Positions 38,314 to 47,813 of a DNA stretch of 64,000 nucleotides are shown one piece after another. The DNA is from Thermoproteota archaeon (GTDB taxonomy: Archaea > Korarchaeota > Korarchaeia > Korarchaeales > Korarchaeaceae), in assembly GCA_026986575.1 (NCBI GenBank), contig JALSOH010000006.1:160001-224000 (forward strand), read 5' to 3'. The stretch's first letter is position 1. Each line of letters opens with the position of its first letter. Under the pieces are notes generated by a model that was not told the DNA's origin, did not search any database, and saw nothing but the letters and a program-made list of their open reading frames with translations. The position numbers and the translations under genes were made by a program.

Positions 38314-38970
38314 TCACCTCCTCCCCTCTAGATAAATCAGGGCTATACCAACGACAGTTATCACCAGCCCTACAGCCCCCAATTTCGATGTCAGTGCTAT
38401 GGCCACTATGACAGCCACGAGGGGACCGACGATGGATGCCACTATCGCGTTCCCCAAGCTCATCTCGTAGTTCACCGAGGTGGCTACCACTATCAGGTAG
38501 AGGGACCAGAGGCTGAACGGGATGACCAGCACGATGGACACGATCAGGAGTATGTGGGAGAACAGATAGCCGATAGCAGCGAGAGCCGTGGGGAACACAA
38601 GAGGAGCGCTGGAGAAAGCGACGAGTCCTACGATGTCGTCCCACCTACCCTCTTCATGTCTCATCAACCTAGCGGTTATGTGTATAAGGGATGAGTAGAT
38701 CAGGAGGTCTATTAGCCCGCCAGCCACCCCTATCACGCCAGCTAGATTGGCTGCTAGCTCCAATAGCCAGCCTATGTTGTAAAGCGGTATCCGACCCAGC
38801 AGACCCACGAACCCCTTCACCGTGAGTGCTGTGAGAGCGAAGCTCACCCCGACGTAGAGGGCCAAGGGTAGGGCAGATGAATACCTCTCCACTATATGGG
38901 TGTCGAATGCCTCCCTCGGCGCCAGCAATACCTTCCCCAATCTGTAGAGGACATCCTCCAGCTCTCTCAT
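38314..38970 (-). CDS. Yip1-domain membrane protein
   Basis: VLLAPREAF, IHITARL and AFSSAP patterns, 5-6 TM helices; ATG 38970 follows GGGTGA. Confidence 0.8.
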   Translation of the reverse strand: MRELEDVLYRLGKVLLAPREAFDTHIVERYSSALPLALYVGVSFALTALTVKGFVGLLGRIPLYNIGWLLELAANLAGVIGVAGGLIDLLIYSSLIHITARLMRHEEGRWDDIVGLVAFSSAPLVFPTALAAIGYLFSHILLIVSIVLVIPFSLWSLYLIVVATSVNYEMSLGNAIVASIVGPLVAVIVAIALTSKLGAVGLVITVVGIALIYLEGRR

Positions 38971-38996
38971 CTCATCACCCAACTTTCTAAACTTAC

Positions 38997-39016
38997 TTAC
39001 TTAAGTAAATTATAAA
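38997..39016 (-). promoter_or_regulatory. TATA box with adjacent 12-bp palindromic operator
   Basis: Minus-strand TTTATAA (39010-39016) followed by the perfect palindrome TTACTTAAGTAA (38997-39008), upstream of the Yip1-DUF4097-ArsR operon. Confidence 0.55.
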
Positions 39017-39146
39017 TGTTTCCGATGTGCCGGGTCGAACCTCCCTCCAAACTGGAAATTATTTTGACCTCTTCGGGCCGAGATACGCCCTCTTGCCAGT
39101 TAACTTTTTAAATAGGAAGGTCTTAGGCCCCCTCAACGGGAGGTTG

Positions 39147-39188
39147 AGGTGATGTCCCGCCAATTTCAGGTGATGTCCCGCCAATATC
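39147..39188 (+). repeat. 21-bp tandem duplication
   Basis: AGGTGATGTCCCGCCAATTTC / AGGTGATGTCCCGCCAATATC (1 mismatch). Confidence 0.92.
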
Positions 39189-39189
39189 G

Positions 39190-39489
39190 ATGAGTGATTC
39201 CTCCCTGAGGGAATCTCTGGTTTTGTTCGGACTTTTCAAGTTGACCTCTCGCCAGAAGGCGGTCCTCACCCTGACGCTTCGATTCAACGGAAAGATATCC
39301 GCCAGTTCCATGGCCAAGATAGCGAGGGACGAGTTCAACATACCGGTCTCGTCATTCTGGTTCGCTTTGAGGGATCTTAGGAAGCTGAGACTCGTAGAAT
39401 TCGGCAATGGAGAGCCTATACGTCTCACACCAGCTGGAGAGGTAGTGGCGGAGGCCCTGAAGGGGGTGGCATGGTGGGAAAGAGAGTAG
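39190..39489 (+). CDS. Winged-helix protein, probable regulator heading the lysC-asd operon
   Basis: LTSRQKAVL...IPVSSFWFALRDLRKLRLV...LTPAG wHTH pattern; overlaps lysC. Confidence 0.75.
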   Translation: MSDSSLRESLVLFGLFKLTSRQKAVLTLTLRFNGKISASSMAKIARDEFNIPVSSFWFALRDLRKLRLVEFGNGEPIRLTPAGEVVAEALKGVAWWERE

Positions 39490-40640
39490 TAGTGAAGCTG
39501 GGAGGCTCCGTTCTCAAGGGACCGGAGGACTTCAAGAGTATAGCTGAGATAACTAAGAGGGAGTTCGAGCAGGGGCACGAGCTGCTACTGGTAGTTTCAG
39601 CCATGAAGGGGCACACAGACCAGTTGATAGACATGGCTGAAAGGGTCGGTGCTAGCGACGAGCTTCTAGACTCTATCGCTGGCATGGGGGAAGTGCTGTC
39701 CGCTAGGCTGATGGCAGCAGCGCTGAACTCGGAGGGCGTTCCCTCGGTGGCCATAGATCCGAGCTCACCTAAGTGGCCGGTGATAACTAACGATAGATTC
39801 GGCGACGCTGATCCCGACCTTCCTAGGACCTGCGGAGCTGCAATATCACACATAGAGCCTCTCCTAGGAAGCGTAGTTCCGGTCATATGCGGCTACATAG
39901 GAAAGACCAAGGATGGCAAGCTCACTACACTAGGCAGGGGTGGTAGCGACACAACTGCCGTGACCCTAGCTAGGTGCCTTAACGCAGACGAGGTCGTCCT
40001 AGTCAAGGACTCCAAGGGAATAATGACCGCCGATCCTAAGGTGGTGGAAAATGCCCATCAGATAAGTGAGCTGAAGGCTGAAGAGGCGCTGATGATGTCC
40101 TTGGGAGGGGCTAGGGTACTGCACCACAAAGCGATCCGCTACCTGGCACCGACCGTGAGGATGAGGGTGGTCTCCATAGGCGAGGGGAGATTCACTGGCG
40201 GCGGTACCGTGGTACACGGCCACATCCCCGATTTACATGTGGAGATACACGAAAAGCCCGTCAGTATGGTGACCTTGCTCATGAATGGTCACGGACTCAA
40301 CTTGAGTGGGATGGAGGGCATACTCTCCATAAGCACGCTCGACAAGGCCACTATAATGTATGTCGATGGAGATTCAGAGGGCACGGTGAGGAACCTGCAT
40401 TCCTTGGTAGAGAGGGGAGATGCGAAGGCGGTAACGGTCAGGAGGGATGTGGCGATGATAAGGGTGTGGGGAGCGGCCATAGAGGAGGTCCCTGGGGTGA
40501 TCCACAAGATATCCGAACCCTTGGCTGCGATGGGTATAAACATACTGGGCCTCCAGACGGTTCACAACAGGATCGCTGTTTTTGTTGACTGGAAGGACAG
40601 GGAGAGGGCCGCTGAGGAACTCAGAGTGATCTTGGGGTGA
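39471..40640 (+). CDS. lysC: Aspartate kinase
   Basis: VVKLGGS, VVSAM...TD.L, TTLGRGGSDTTA, TADPK and GARVLH motifs; C-terminal ACT domain. Confidence 0.93.
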   Translation: MVGKRVVVKLGGSVLKGPEDFKSIAEITKREFEQGHELLLVVSAMKGHTDQLIDMAERVGASDELLDSIAGMGEVLSARLMAAALNSEGVPSVAIDPSSPKWPVITNDRFGDADPDLPRTCGAAISHIEPLLGSVVPVICGYIGKTKDGKLTTLGRGGSDTTAVTLARCLNADEVVLVKDSKGIMTADPKVVENAHQISELKAEEALMMSLGGARVLHHKAIRYLAPTVRMRVVSIGEGRFTGGGTVVHGHIPDLHVEIHEKPVSMVTLLMNGHGLNLSGMEGILSISTLDKATIMYVDGDSEGTVRNLHSLVERGDAKAVTVRRDVAMIRVWGAAIEEVPGVIHKISEPLAAMGINILGLQTVHNRIAVFVDWKDRERAAEELRVILG

Positions 40641-40641
40641 T

Positions 40642-41679
40642 GTGATGAAGGTAGCCCTGCTGGGTGGCACTGGGGCCGTAGGGCAGCGGTTCGTCAAGAT
40701 GCTATCGGGCCACCCTTGGTTCGAGCTGGCTGTGATAACCGGGAAGACCAGCGTCGGGAAGAGGTACGGGGAGGTGAATTGGGTCTTGGAGGGAGAGGTG
40801 CCGGAGGAGTTCAGGGACATAGTGGTGAGCGAGAACTCGCTAGGTAGCCTGAGGGAAGTGGATCTAGTGTTCTCCGCCCTGCCGTCTAGGGAGGCGAGAG
40901 TGTTTGAGAGGGAGCTGATGGACCATGGGATACCCCTAGTGAGCAACGCGAGTGCCCTGAGGATGGACCCATTGGTCCCCCTAATCATACCGGAGGTGAA
41001 TCCAGACCACCTCTCGCTGATCGAGAGGCAGGAGGAACTTGGAGTCGGGCCTGCTGCCACAGACCCCAACTGCACGACTACAGTGCTCACCCTGCCCCTG
41101 AAACCCCTGCACGACGCCTATACACTCAAAAGACTTGACATAGCTAGCTACCAGGCCCTCTCAGGAGCAGGCTACCCGGGAGTTCCATCCTACGATATAA
41201 TCGATAATCTGATCCCCTTCATCTCGGGAGAGGAGGAAAAGGTTCATAATGAGACTAAGAAGCTGCTAGGTGAGGTGGATGGAGGAGAGGTGAGATTTGC
41301 GTCCTTCGATGTCCAAGCCACGTGCGTTAGGGTCCCCATCTTGGATGGCCACACGGTAGCAGTACATGCCGAGTTCGAAGAGGAAGTGGATCCCGAGGAG
41401 GCAGCCAAACTCCTCCGAAGTTTTAGCTCTGAGCCTCAGCGCCTGAAACTACCCACCGCCCCAGCAAGGCCCATTCATGTGAGGAATGAGGAGGACAGGC
41501 CCCAACCTAGATATGACAGGAATGTGGAAGGCGGTATGAGCGTCGTGGTTGGCAGGATCAGAAAGGGGGCCAATAATAATTCGCTTCTCTTTGTGGTGGT
41601 GGGACATAACACGGTGAGAGGAGCAGCGGGACAGGCCATCCTCTTAGCTGAACTGATGAGAGCTAAGAGCATTATCTAA
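40642..41679 (+). CDS. asd: Aspartate-semialdehyde dehydrogenase (archaeal type)
   Basis: GGTGAVGQRF, SNASALR, PNCTT, QALSGAG, CVRVP..DGH and HNTVRGAAG motifs. Confidence 0.96.
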   Translation: MMKVALLGGTGAVGQRFVKMLSGHPWFELAVITGKTSVGKRYGEVNWVLEGEVPEEFRDIVVSENSLGSLREVDLVFSALPSREARVFERELMDHGIPLVSNASALRMDPLVPLIIPEVNPDHLSLIERQEELGVGPAATDPNCTTTVLTLPLKPLHDAYTLKRLDIASYQALSGAGYPGVPSYDIIDNLIPFISGEEEKVHNETKKLLGEVDGGEVRFASFDVQATCVRVPILDGHTVAVHAEFEEEVDPEEAAKLLRSFSSEPQRLKLPTAPARPIHVRNEEDRPQPRYDRNVEGGMSVVVGRIRKGANNNSLLFVVVGHNTVRGAAGQAILLAELMRAKSII

Positions 41680-41747
41680 CTAATTTTCCACTGTTTTTGA
41701 ACCGGAGAAAGCTTAAGCTTATGTAATTGACTTCACTTGCAACTCCT

Positions 41748-42302
41748 ATGATACTGTCTGACAGCAGCATACGCTCCCTTATAGAATCGGGTGAGCTTTC
41801 CATAGATCCCCTGTACAACGATACGATCAGAGAGAACGGGGTCGACATGAGGATAGGACCCGAGATTGCCTTCCCGATAGTCACAGGAGAGGTAATAGAC
41901 CCGATCAGGGACAATCCCGCCAAGCACTTCTCGGTGAGGGAGATCCCCGATGAGGGGATAATAATACCGGGAAACACCTCTATCCTTCTAGTCACCGAGG
42001 AGTACGTGAGAATGCCCAAAGATGTCGCCGCCCTATGCGGACTCCGCTCCTCTATAGCCAGGTGGGGTTTCGTCGCCCCTCCCACGCTGATAGATGCTGG
42101 CTTCGAGGGTCAACTGACGATAGAGGTCATGTGGACCAGACCGGCGCCCGTGAAGCTGTATAAGGGCATAAGATTCCTTCATGTGGTGTTCTTCAGGGTG
42201 GAAGGTGAAGTGGAGAGGCCGTACAGCGGGAGCTACCAGGGGCAGAGGGGAGTTACACTCCCCAAGAAGCTCGAGAGCATCCGGTCGAGCAAAAAGGTTT
42301 AA
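41748..42302 (+). CDS. dcd: dCTP deaminase
   Basis: MILSD, LRSSIARWG, IDAGFEGQLTIE and YSGSYQGQRGVT motifs. Confidence 0.93.
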   Translation: MILSDSSIRSLIESGELSIDPLYNDTIRENGVDMRIGPEIAFPIVTGEVIDPIRDNPAKHFSVREIPDEGIIIPGNTSILLVTEEYVRMPKDVAALCGLRSSIARWGFVAPPTLIDAGFEGQLTIEVMWTRPAPVKLYKGIRFLHVVFFRVEGEVERPYSGSYQGQRGVTLPKKLESIRSSKKV

Positions 42303-42598
42303 CTCATAACTCATATATGAGAATCAAAGTTAGGACTCAGCCGCATTTAGGGTATATTAAATTCGATACATCTGTCTTCGAAAAAAGTTTTCAACCTCTT
42401 AGACTAAAGTTTATTAGTTGAGGGGACCGATCTCTGTGGGATCGTCGGTAAGGGAGCTTCATCCTAAGTTAATTTTTGATGTAATATCTAATTTATCATA
42501 AATCTATATTCGTATAAGACGATAAACCGTAAAAATGGAGTGGAAAGAGTCTAGGTAGAGTTCTTATAGATCGATCCCTTGATGGAATTGATAGGGGT

Positions 42599-45235
42599 AT
42601 GCCAGTCACTAAGGTGGTTAAGAGGGACGGTAGAATCGTCCCATTCGATGCATCTCGCATAAAGAGGGCCATAGAGGGGGCTATGCGAGAGGTAGGGCAT
42701 TATGATGAAGCTAAACTTGATAAGGTAGTTAAATATGTGCTTAGAGTTATAAACAGGACTTTCAGCGACGAGAATCCACCCCATGTGGAGGAGATCCAAG
42801 ACATAGTAGAGCTAGCCCTGATGAAGTACGACCTCTTCGATGTTGCCAAGGCTTACATCCTCTACAGGAAGGAAAGGGAGAAGATAAGAAAGGAGAAGAT
42901 GGCAATTCTCGGTAAAGATTACGTGGATGATGTGGATAAGAGGCTCTCCCTCAACGCCATAAGGCTGCTAGCAGCCAGATACCTGCAGAAGGACCCGGAT
43001 GGGAAGCTGAAGGAGGACCCGAAGGGCATGTTCATAAGGGTCGCCTCCTTGGTGGTGATCCCCGACGTGCTACACGACCCCAAGGTGTTTGATAAGGACG
43101 GTGGTCAGCCAGTTCACCCAAAGGAGGATTTCTCGCCGGAGGAGTGGGAAGGGAAAGTAGGACTTAAGAACGGCCATCCGGAGGATCACCTAGCTCCGAC
43201 GTTCACTTGGAACCGCTACCACTTGGAGAGGATGAAGGCGCTCTACGATGGACTGAATGAGCAGGGGAAGATGAAGGTGAGCTGGTCTCAGTTCTGGGAG
43301 ATGCTCCTTCGCGGAGAGTTCGATCACCACTACCAAGACTTCCTTAACTACTACAGGCTGATGGTCGATCTGAGGTTCCTGCCCAACTCCCCGACGCTGT
43401 TCAACGCTGGCACCAGGTTAGGTCAGCTCTCGGCTTGCTTCGTCTTGGACATAAACGATAGCCTAGAGTCGATAATGAAGGCCGCCACAGATGCGGCAAT
43501 GATATTCAAGTCCGGCGGAGGAGTGGGGATCAATTACTCCAAACTCAGGCCGCAGGGCGACATAGTCAGGTCAACCGGAGGTCAGGCATCTGGTCCAGTC
43601 AGTTTCATGAGGATAATAGATGTGATCACGGATGTGGTGAAGCAGGGCGGGCGCAGAAGAGGAGCCAACATGGGCATACTGGAGGTCTGGCATCCCGATA
43701 TATGGAAGTTCGTGGAGGCCAAAGCTAAGCCCGGTCAGTTCGAGAACTTCAACATCTCGGTGATGATAACGGGGGACTTCTGGCCCAAATTCGAGTCCGG
43801 AGAGGAGTACACCCTCATCAATCCCAGAAATGGCGAAGTTTGGGATACCCTGAACCCTAGAGAGTTCTTCAGGAAGATAGCCGAGATGGCCTGGCGTACC
43901 GGAGATCCGGGTGTGTTGTTCTCTGATAATATAAATAAAAGAAATATAATGAAAGAGGCATTAGGTGAAATAAAATCAACTAATCCTTGCGGTGAGGAGC
44001 CTTTATATCCATATGAGTCATGTAACCTAGGGAGCATTAATTTATACGCTTATATAAGGAGAGAGAACGGACTTATATCTTTCGATTGGGACTCTTACTC
44101 TGAGGACGTAAGACTGGCCCTTCGTTTCCTCGACAACGTCATCGATGTGAACAAGTTCCCCATTCCGGAAATAGAGAGGAACACCAAGGCCACGAGAAAG
44201 GTCGGCCTCGGTTTGATGGGGTTGGCTGACGTCCTCTTCGCGCTGGGAATACCGTACAATAGCGAGGAGGGCTTCGATTTCATGAGGAAGGTGGCCGAGT
44301 ACCTCACATACTTCTCCATGAAGGAGAGCGTTGAAATGGCCAAGGAGAGAGGAACCTTCCCACTTTATGGGAGATCAGGATACGTCAAAGGGGAAATGCC
44401 GTTTGAGGGCTTCTACCATCCGGAGTGGTGGCACCTAGACTGGGACGCCCTTAAGGAAGAGGTCATGAGGTACGGGATCAGGAACGCCGAAGTAACGACG
44501 ATAGCGCCGACTGGTTCCATCTCCATGATAGCCGACGTTTCTTCGGGAATAGAGCCTCAATTCGCGCTGGTGTATGAGAAGAGGGTATCCGTTGGCTCTT
44601 TCTTCTACGTGGATAGGGAGCTGGAGAGGCAGCTCAAGGAGAACGGCCTCTACCACGAGAAGCTTCTTAAGGAGATTGCCGATAATGGGGGTTCGCTTCA
44701 GGGGATAGAGCCTCCCGAGGGAAAGGAGGAGCTCTTCAAGAGGATGCAGCAGGTGTTCCTCGTGGCCTACGACATACCGTGGTGGGATCACGTCAGGGCC
44801 CAAGCGGAGATAGCCAAGTGGATATGCGCGGCGGTGAGCAAGACGATAAACATGCCCAACTGGGTGTCCGTCTCGGATGTTGAGAAGGCCTACCTGTTCG
44901 CCTACAAGCTCGGATTGAAGGGCATCACCGTCTACAGGGACGGCTCGAAGGCGGCCCAAGTTCTCGTGACCCCCTCCCAGAGGAAGGGCGAGTATGTGGT
45001 GAAAACAGAGAACCAGACGCTGAAGATGATGGAGATGCTAGGGATAGAGCTCCCCCAGCTCAAGAAGGCTCCTGTCGAGGAGAAGGCTCTAGCTCAGCCA
45101 GTCTTCAAACCTCCGTCACCACAGCCAGCGAATCATGTGGAGAGGTGTCCCGAGTGCGGCAGCACTCGGCTGGTTTACAAGGAGGACTGCGTCACCTGCC
45201 TGGACTGCGGGTGGTCGGCCTGCGTGGTCTCGTGA
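42599..45235 (+). CDS. nrdJ: Class II (adenosylcobalamin-dependent) ribonucleotide reductase with ATP cone; no intein
   Basis: VVKRDG ATP cone; PNSPTLFNAG, QLSACFV, RRGANM, TNPCGE, IAPTGSIS and SKTIN motifs; C-terminal Zn ribbon. Confidence 0.95.
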   Translation: MPVTKVVKRDGRIVPFDASRIKRAIEGAMREVGHYDEAKLDKVVKYVLRVINRTFSDENPPHVEEIQDIVELALMKYDLFDVAKAYILYRKEREKIRKEKMAILGKDYVDDVDKRLSLNAIRLLAARYLQKDPDGKLKEDPKGMFIRVASLVVIPDVLHDPKVFDKDGGQPVHPKEDFSPEEWEGKVGLKNGHPEDHLAPTFTWNRYHLERMKALYDGLNEQGKMKVSWSQFWEMLLRGEFDHHYQDFLNYYRLMVDLRFLPNSPTLFNAGTRLGQLSACFVLDINDSLESIMKAATDAAMIFKSGGGVGINYSKLRPQGDIVRSTGGQASGPVSFMRIIDVITDVVKQGGRRRGANMGILEVWHPDIWKFVEAKAKPGQFENFNISVMITGDFWPKFESGEEYTLINPRNGEVWDTLNPREFFRKIAEMAWRTGDPGVLFSDNINKRNIMKEALGEIKSTNPCGEEPLYPYESCNLGSINLYAYIRRENGLISFDWDSYSEDVRLALRFLDNVIDVNKFPIPEIERNTKATRKVGLGLMGLADVLFALGIPYNSEEGFDFMRKVAEYLTYFSMKESVEMAKERGTFPLYGRSGYVKGEMPFEGFYHPEWWHLDWDALKEEVMRYGIRNAEVTTIAPTGSISMIADVSSGIEPQFALVYEKRVSVGSFFYVDRELERQLKENGLYHEKLLKEIADNGGSLQGIEPPEGKEELFKRMQQVFLVAYDIPWWDHVRAQAEIAKWICAAVSKTINMPNWVSVSDVEKAYLFAYKLGLKGITVYRDGSKAAQVLVTPSQRKGEYVVKTENQTLKMMEMLGIELPQLKKAPVEEKALAQPVFKPPSPQPANHVERCPECGSTRLVYKEDCVTCLDCGWSACVVS

Positions 45236-45245
45236 GGGAGCTTAG

Positions 45246-45764
45246 GTGAGCGAGGGGCTGGTACACCTCTATACAGGAAACGGCAAGGGGAAGACCACGG
45301 CGGCTTTTGGCTTGGCGTTGAGGGTAGCGGGAAGAGGAGGTAAATCCCTCATAGTTCAGTTCCTGAAGGGACTACCGACGGGGGAGGTCATGGCGGTCAG
45401 AAAAATACCCGAGATAGAGGTAAGGAGGTTCGGCAGCGAGAGATTCGTAGATCCAAAAAGGCCAACAGAGGAGGATGTAGCCATGGCCAAGAGAGGTCTC
45501 AAAGAGGCCGCAGAAGCCATGTCCTCCGGCAACTACAGGTTGGTGGTCTTGGACGAGGTGAATGTGGCCGTGGCCTTCAATCTAATCGACGAGAGGGAGG
45601 TAATCTCTGCTGTCAAGTCGAGGCACCCACGCACAGAGGTCGTCCTCACTGGAAGGTACGCTCCTCCCTCTTTTTATGAATTGGCTGACTATGTGACCGA
45701 GTTCAAGGAGGTGAAGCATCCCTTCTCCTCCGGGATCCCTGCAAGGGAAGGTATAGAATTTTAA
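45246..45764 (+). CDS. cobO: Cob(I)alamin adenosyltransferase (CobA/CobO/BtuR)
   Basis: YTGNGKGKTTAAFG, VQFLKG, LDEVN, VLTGR, KHPF and GIEF motifs. Confidence 0.95.
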   Translation: MSEGLVHLYTGNGKGKTTAAFGLALRVAGRGGKSLIVQFLKGLPTGEVMAVRKIPEIEVRRFGSERFVDPKRPTEEDVAMAKRGLKEAAEAMSSGNYRLVVLDEVNVAVAFNLIDEREVISAVKSRHPRTEVVLTGRYAPPSFYELADYVTEFKEVKHPFSSGIPAREGIEF

Positions 45765-45879
45765 CAAAATTATGTTCACTCTTTTTACAAGATTTTGGCA
45801 TTATAGGGGTTCGGGACTCCCACTAAGGGATCCCTCCTACTTTAAAGGGAAAGCCTCCCCTATAGTGGGGTGATCTAAC

Positions 45880-46173
45880 ATGCTGGCTGAGAACCCGGTA
45901 TCCCTCTCAAAAGGAAGGAAAATGACCCGTGAGGAGCTCTCCCAAGCCCTGAGGTATGCCATTATAGCCGAACTAGATGCTATAAACCTATACGTACAAT
46001 TTGCCAATGCGACAGACGATGAAAAGGCCAGAAAAGTATTCTTAGACGTGGCAAAGGAGGAAAAGACTCATGTAGGAGAGTTTCTAGAACTCCTCCTCTC
46101 TCTGGACCCTGAGCAGGTGAAGGAGCTAGAAGAGGGAAGAAAAGAAGTGAAAGAACTACTAGAAGGTCACTAA
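45880..46173 (+). CDS. Ferritin-like protein, encapsulin-associated (EncFtn/Flp) type
   Basis: AIIAELDAINLY...LDVAKEEKTHVGEF...LDPEQ matches the encapsulated-ferritin signature. Confidence 0.88.
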   Translation: MLAENPVSLSKGRKMTREELSQALRYAIIAELDAINLYVQFANATDDEKARKVFLDVAKEEKTHVGEFLELLLSLDPEQVKELEEGRKEVKELLEGH

Positions 46174-46451
46174 CACCTCTAATTTTTAATGACAAGCTCG
46201 AGTCTCTTTGATCACGCCACATTAAGGATGCATCGGACCTGTCCCGCGTTACTCACTCCGAACTACTCACGTACTCCGGCGATAGACGAAAAAATCCCAA
46301 TATATTTTATGCTAGGGCTAAAACATAAAAATAAATTTTTCTTTTAGACATCTTCCAAAATATATTTCGACAATATCTGTGATTAAATTCACAATAATCA
46401 ACTAGGAAAGCTTTTAACTATTATTTCGAATCTCGAACGGGGCAAGGAATC

Positions 46452-46838
46452 ATGGAAGGTCTCGGTTTGACAAATGAGGTTCTCGTGACATTTTCCTTAG
46501 GCGTTGCGATAGGCATAGGACTTGGGATAATCGGTTTTATCCTCGGTAAGATACTATCTCCGGCCAAGGAGTATCCCAGAAAGAGAGAGAGGTATGAGTG
46601 CGCTAACCCACCGCGAGGAAGGGCGAGAGGCCTCTTCATGATGCAGTACTATCCCTTCCTGATTCTCTTCCTGACCTTGGAGCCGATCATGATCTACTCC
46701 TTCCTATTCCTAATGGAAGCCCATAGATACATCCTCAACACCACTCTCCTTTTCGGTGCCATGGTGGCGATCCTCGCGTCCCCTCTCGTGTTCGGGATAT
46801 ACTACGTTAGGAGGCTGGAACTATGGTCTGCGCATTAG
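46452..46838 (+). CDS. nuoA: Complex I-like subunit A
   Basis: RYECANPP and MQYY motifs; 3 TM helices. Confidence 0.9.
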   Translation: MEGLGLTNEVLVTFSLGVAIGIGLGIIGFILGKILSPAKEYPRKRERYECANPPRGRARGLFMMQYYPFLILFLTLEPIMIYSFLFLMEAHRYILNTTLLFGAMVAILASPLVFGIYYVRRLELWSAH

Positions 46839-47347
46839 AGGGAAGCATGTGGGTTGGTAACTTGGAGAAAGCCGCCAGGAAGGCGGCCGCCTGGCTGGTG
46901 AACAAAACTCCCATCAGGAGCCTGAGGGACTGGGGGATAGCATTCTCCCTCTGGCCGGTTCACTTCACCACCGCTTGCTGCGGAGCTGAATTCGGAGCCT
47001 CCGCCGCTCCCAAGTTCGACACCGAGAGGTTTGGGTTTCTTCCATTCATAGCGTCTAGGCAGTGCAATGTCCTCTTCATAGAGGGAACCCTCAGCAAGAA
47101 GATGGCCGAGGCCGCAATATGGGTCTACGAGCAGATGCCTGACCCCAAGTTCGTGGTTGCTATGGGGGCTTGCGGTATAGATGGTGGCATATTCTGGAAC
47201 AGCTACAACATAGTGAGACCGAAGGACATCCTTCCAGTTCATGTCTACATCCCTGGATGCCCGCCCAGACCTGAGGCAGTTGCTCAGGCGATAATCATGC
47301 TGCAGAGGAAGATAAGGAAGGGGGAGCTGGTGACTTATGAAGTTTGA
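46823..47347 (+). CDS. nuoB: Complex I-like subunit B (N2 Fe-S)
   Basis: TACCGAE, SRQ, YEQMPDPK, MGACG and YIPGCPPRPE motifs. Confidence 0.95.
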   Translation: MVCALEGSMWVGNLEKAARKAAAWLVNKTPIRSLRDWGIAFSLWPVHFTTACCGAEFGASAAPKFDTERFGFLPFIASRQCNVLFIEGTLSKKMAEAAIWVYEQMPDPKFVVAMGACGIDGGIFWNSYNIVRPKDILPVHVYIPGCPPRPEAVAQAIIMLQRKIRKGELVTYEV

Positions 47348-47813
47348 GGAGCTGAAGAGTCAAATAGAGGAGATGATGAAGGACTTAGGCGCTGAAGTCT
47401 CTGGGAAGGAGCCGAATGTGGTGGATGTGAAGGTCACTCGGGAGAAGATAGTGGAAGCAGCGAAGAGACTTAAGGAGATGGGCTTCGATCATGTAAAGGC
47501 TGTCACGGCCATAGATTACCCGAACGAAAGGTTCGAGGTGGTATATGTCTCCTCTTCGTACTCCAACTTGGATCTGGCCTATTTCATAGTTAACCTGAGG
47601 ACCGACCTGCCCTACGACGATCCCAAGATGCCCTCCTTGCTGGAGGTATGGCCGAGCGTCCTCTACCAGGAGCACGAGGAGCACGACCTTATGGGCATAG
47701 TTTTCGAGGGCCATCCGAGAATGGGTGAGAGGCTCCTCCTTCCTGAGAGCTACGAAGGCATACCACCGCTCAGGAAGGAGTTCAAGGTGAAGACGGAGGG
47801 GATAAACGCATGA
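47337..47813 (+). CDS. nuoC: Complex I-like subunit C
   Basis: TAIDY, EHEEHDLMGIVFEGHP and PLRKEF motifs. Confidence 0.93.
   Translation: MKFEELKSQIEEMMKDLGAEVSGKEPNVVDVKVTREKIVEAAKRLKEMGFDHVKAVTAIDYPNERFEVVYVSSSYSNLDLAYFIVNLRTDLPYDDPKMPSLLEVWPSVLYQEHEEHDLMGIVFEGHPRMGERLLLPESYEGIPPLRKEFKVKTEGINA

Noticed and set aside
39147-39188. CRISPR array
   Set aside because: Only two adjacent copies, no spacers and no cas genes.
42599-45235. Intein in the RNR
   Set aside because: The 878-aa length is normal, TNPCGE is contiguous, and there are no HN|C or LAGLIDADG motifs.
45819-45869. Hairpin possibly sequestering the ferritin-like gene SD
   Set aside because: A TATA-like TTTAAA at 45841 suggests the 5' arm is not transcribed.
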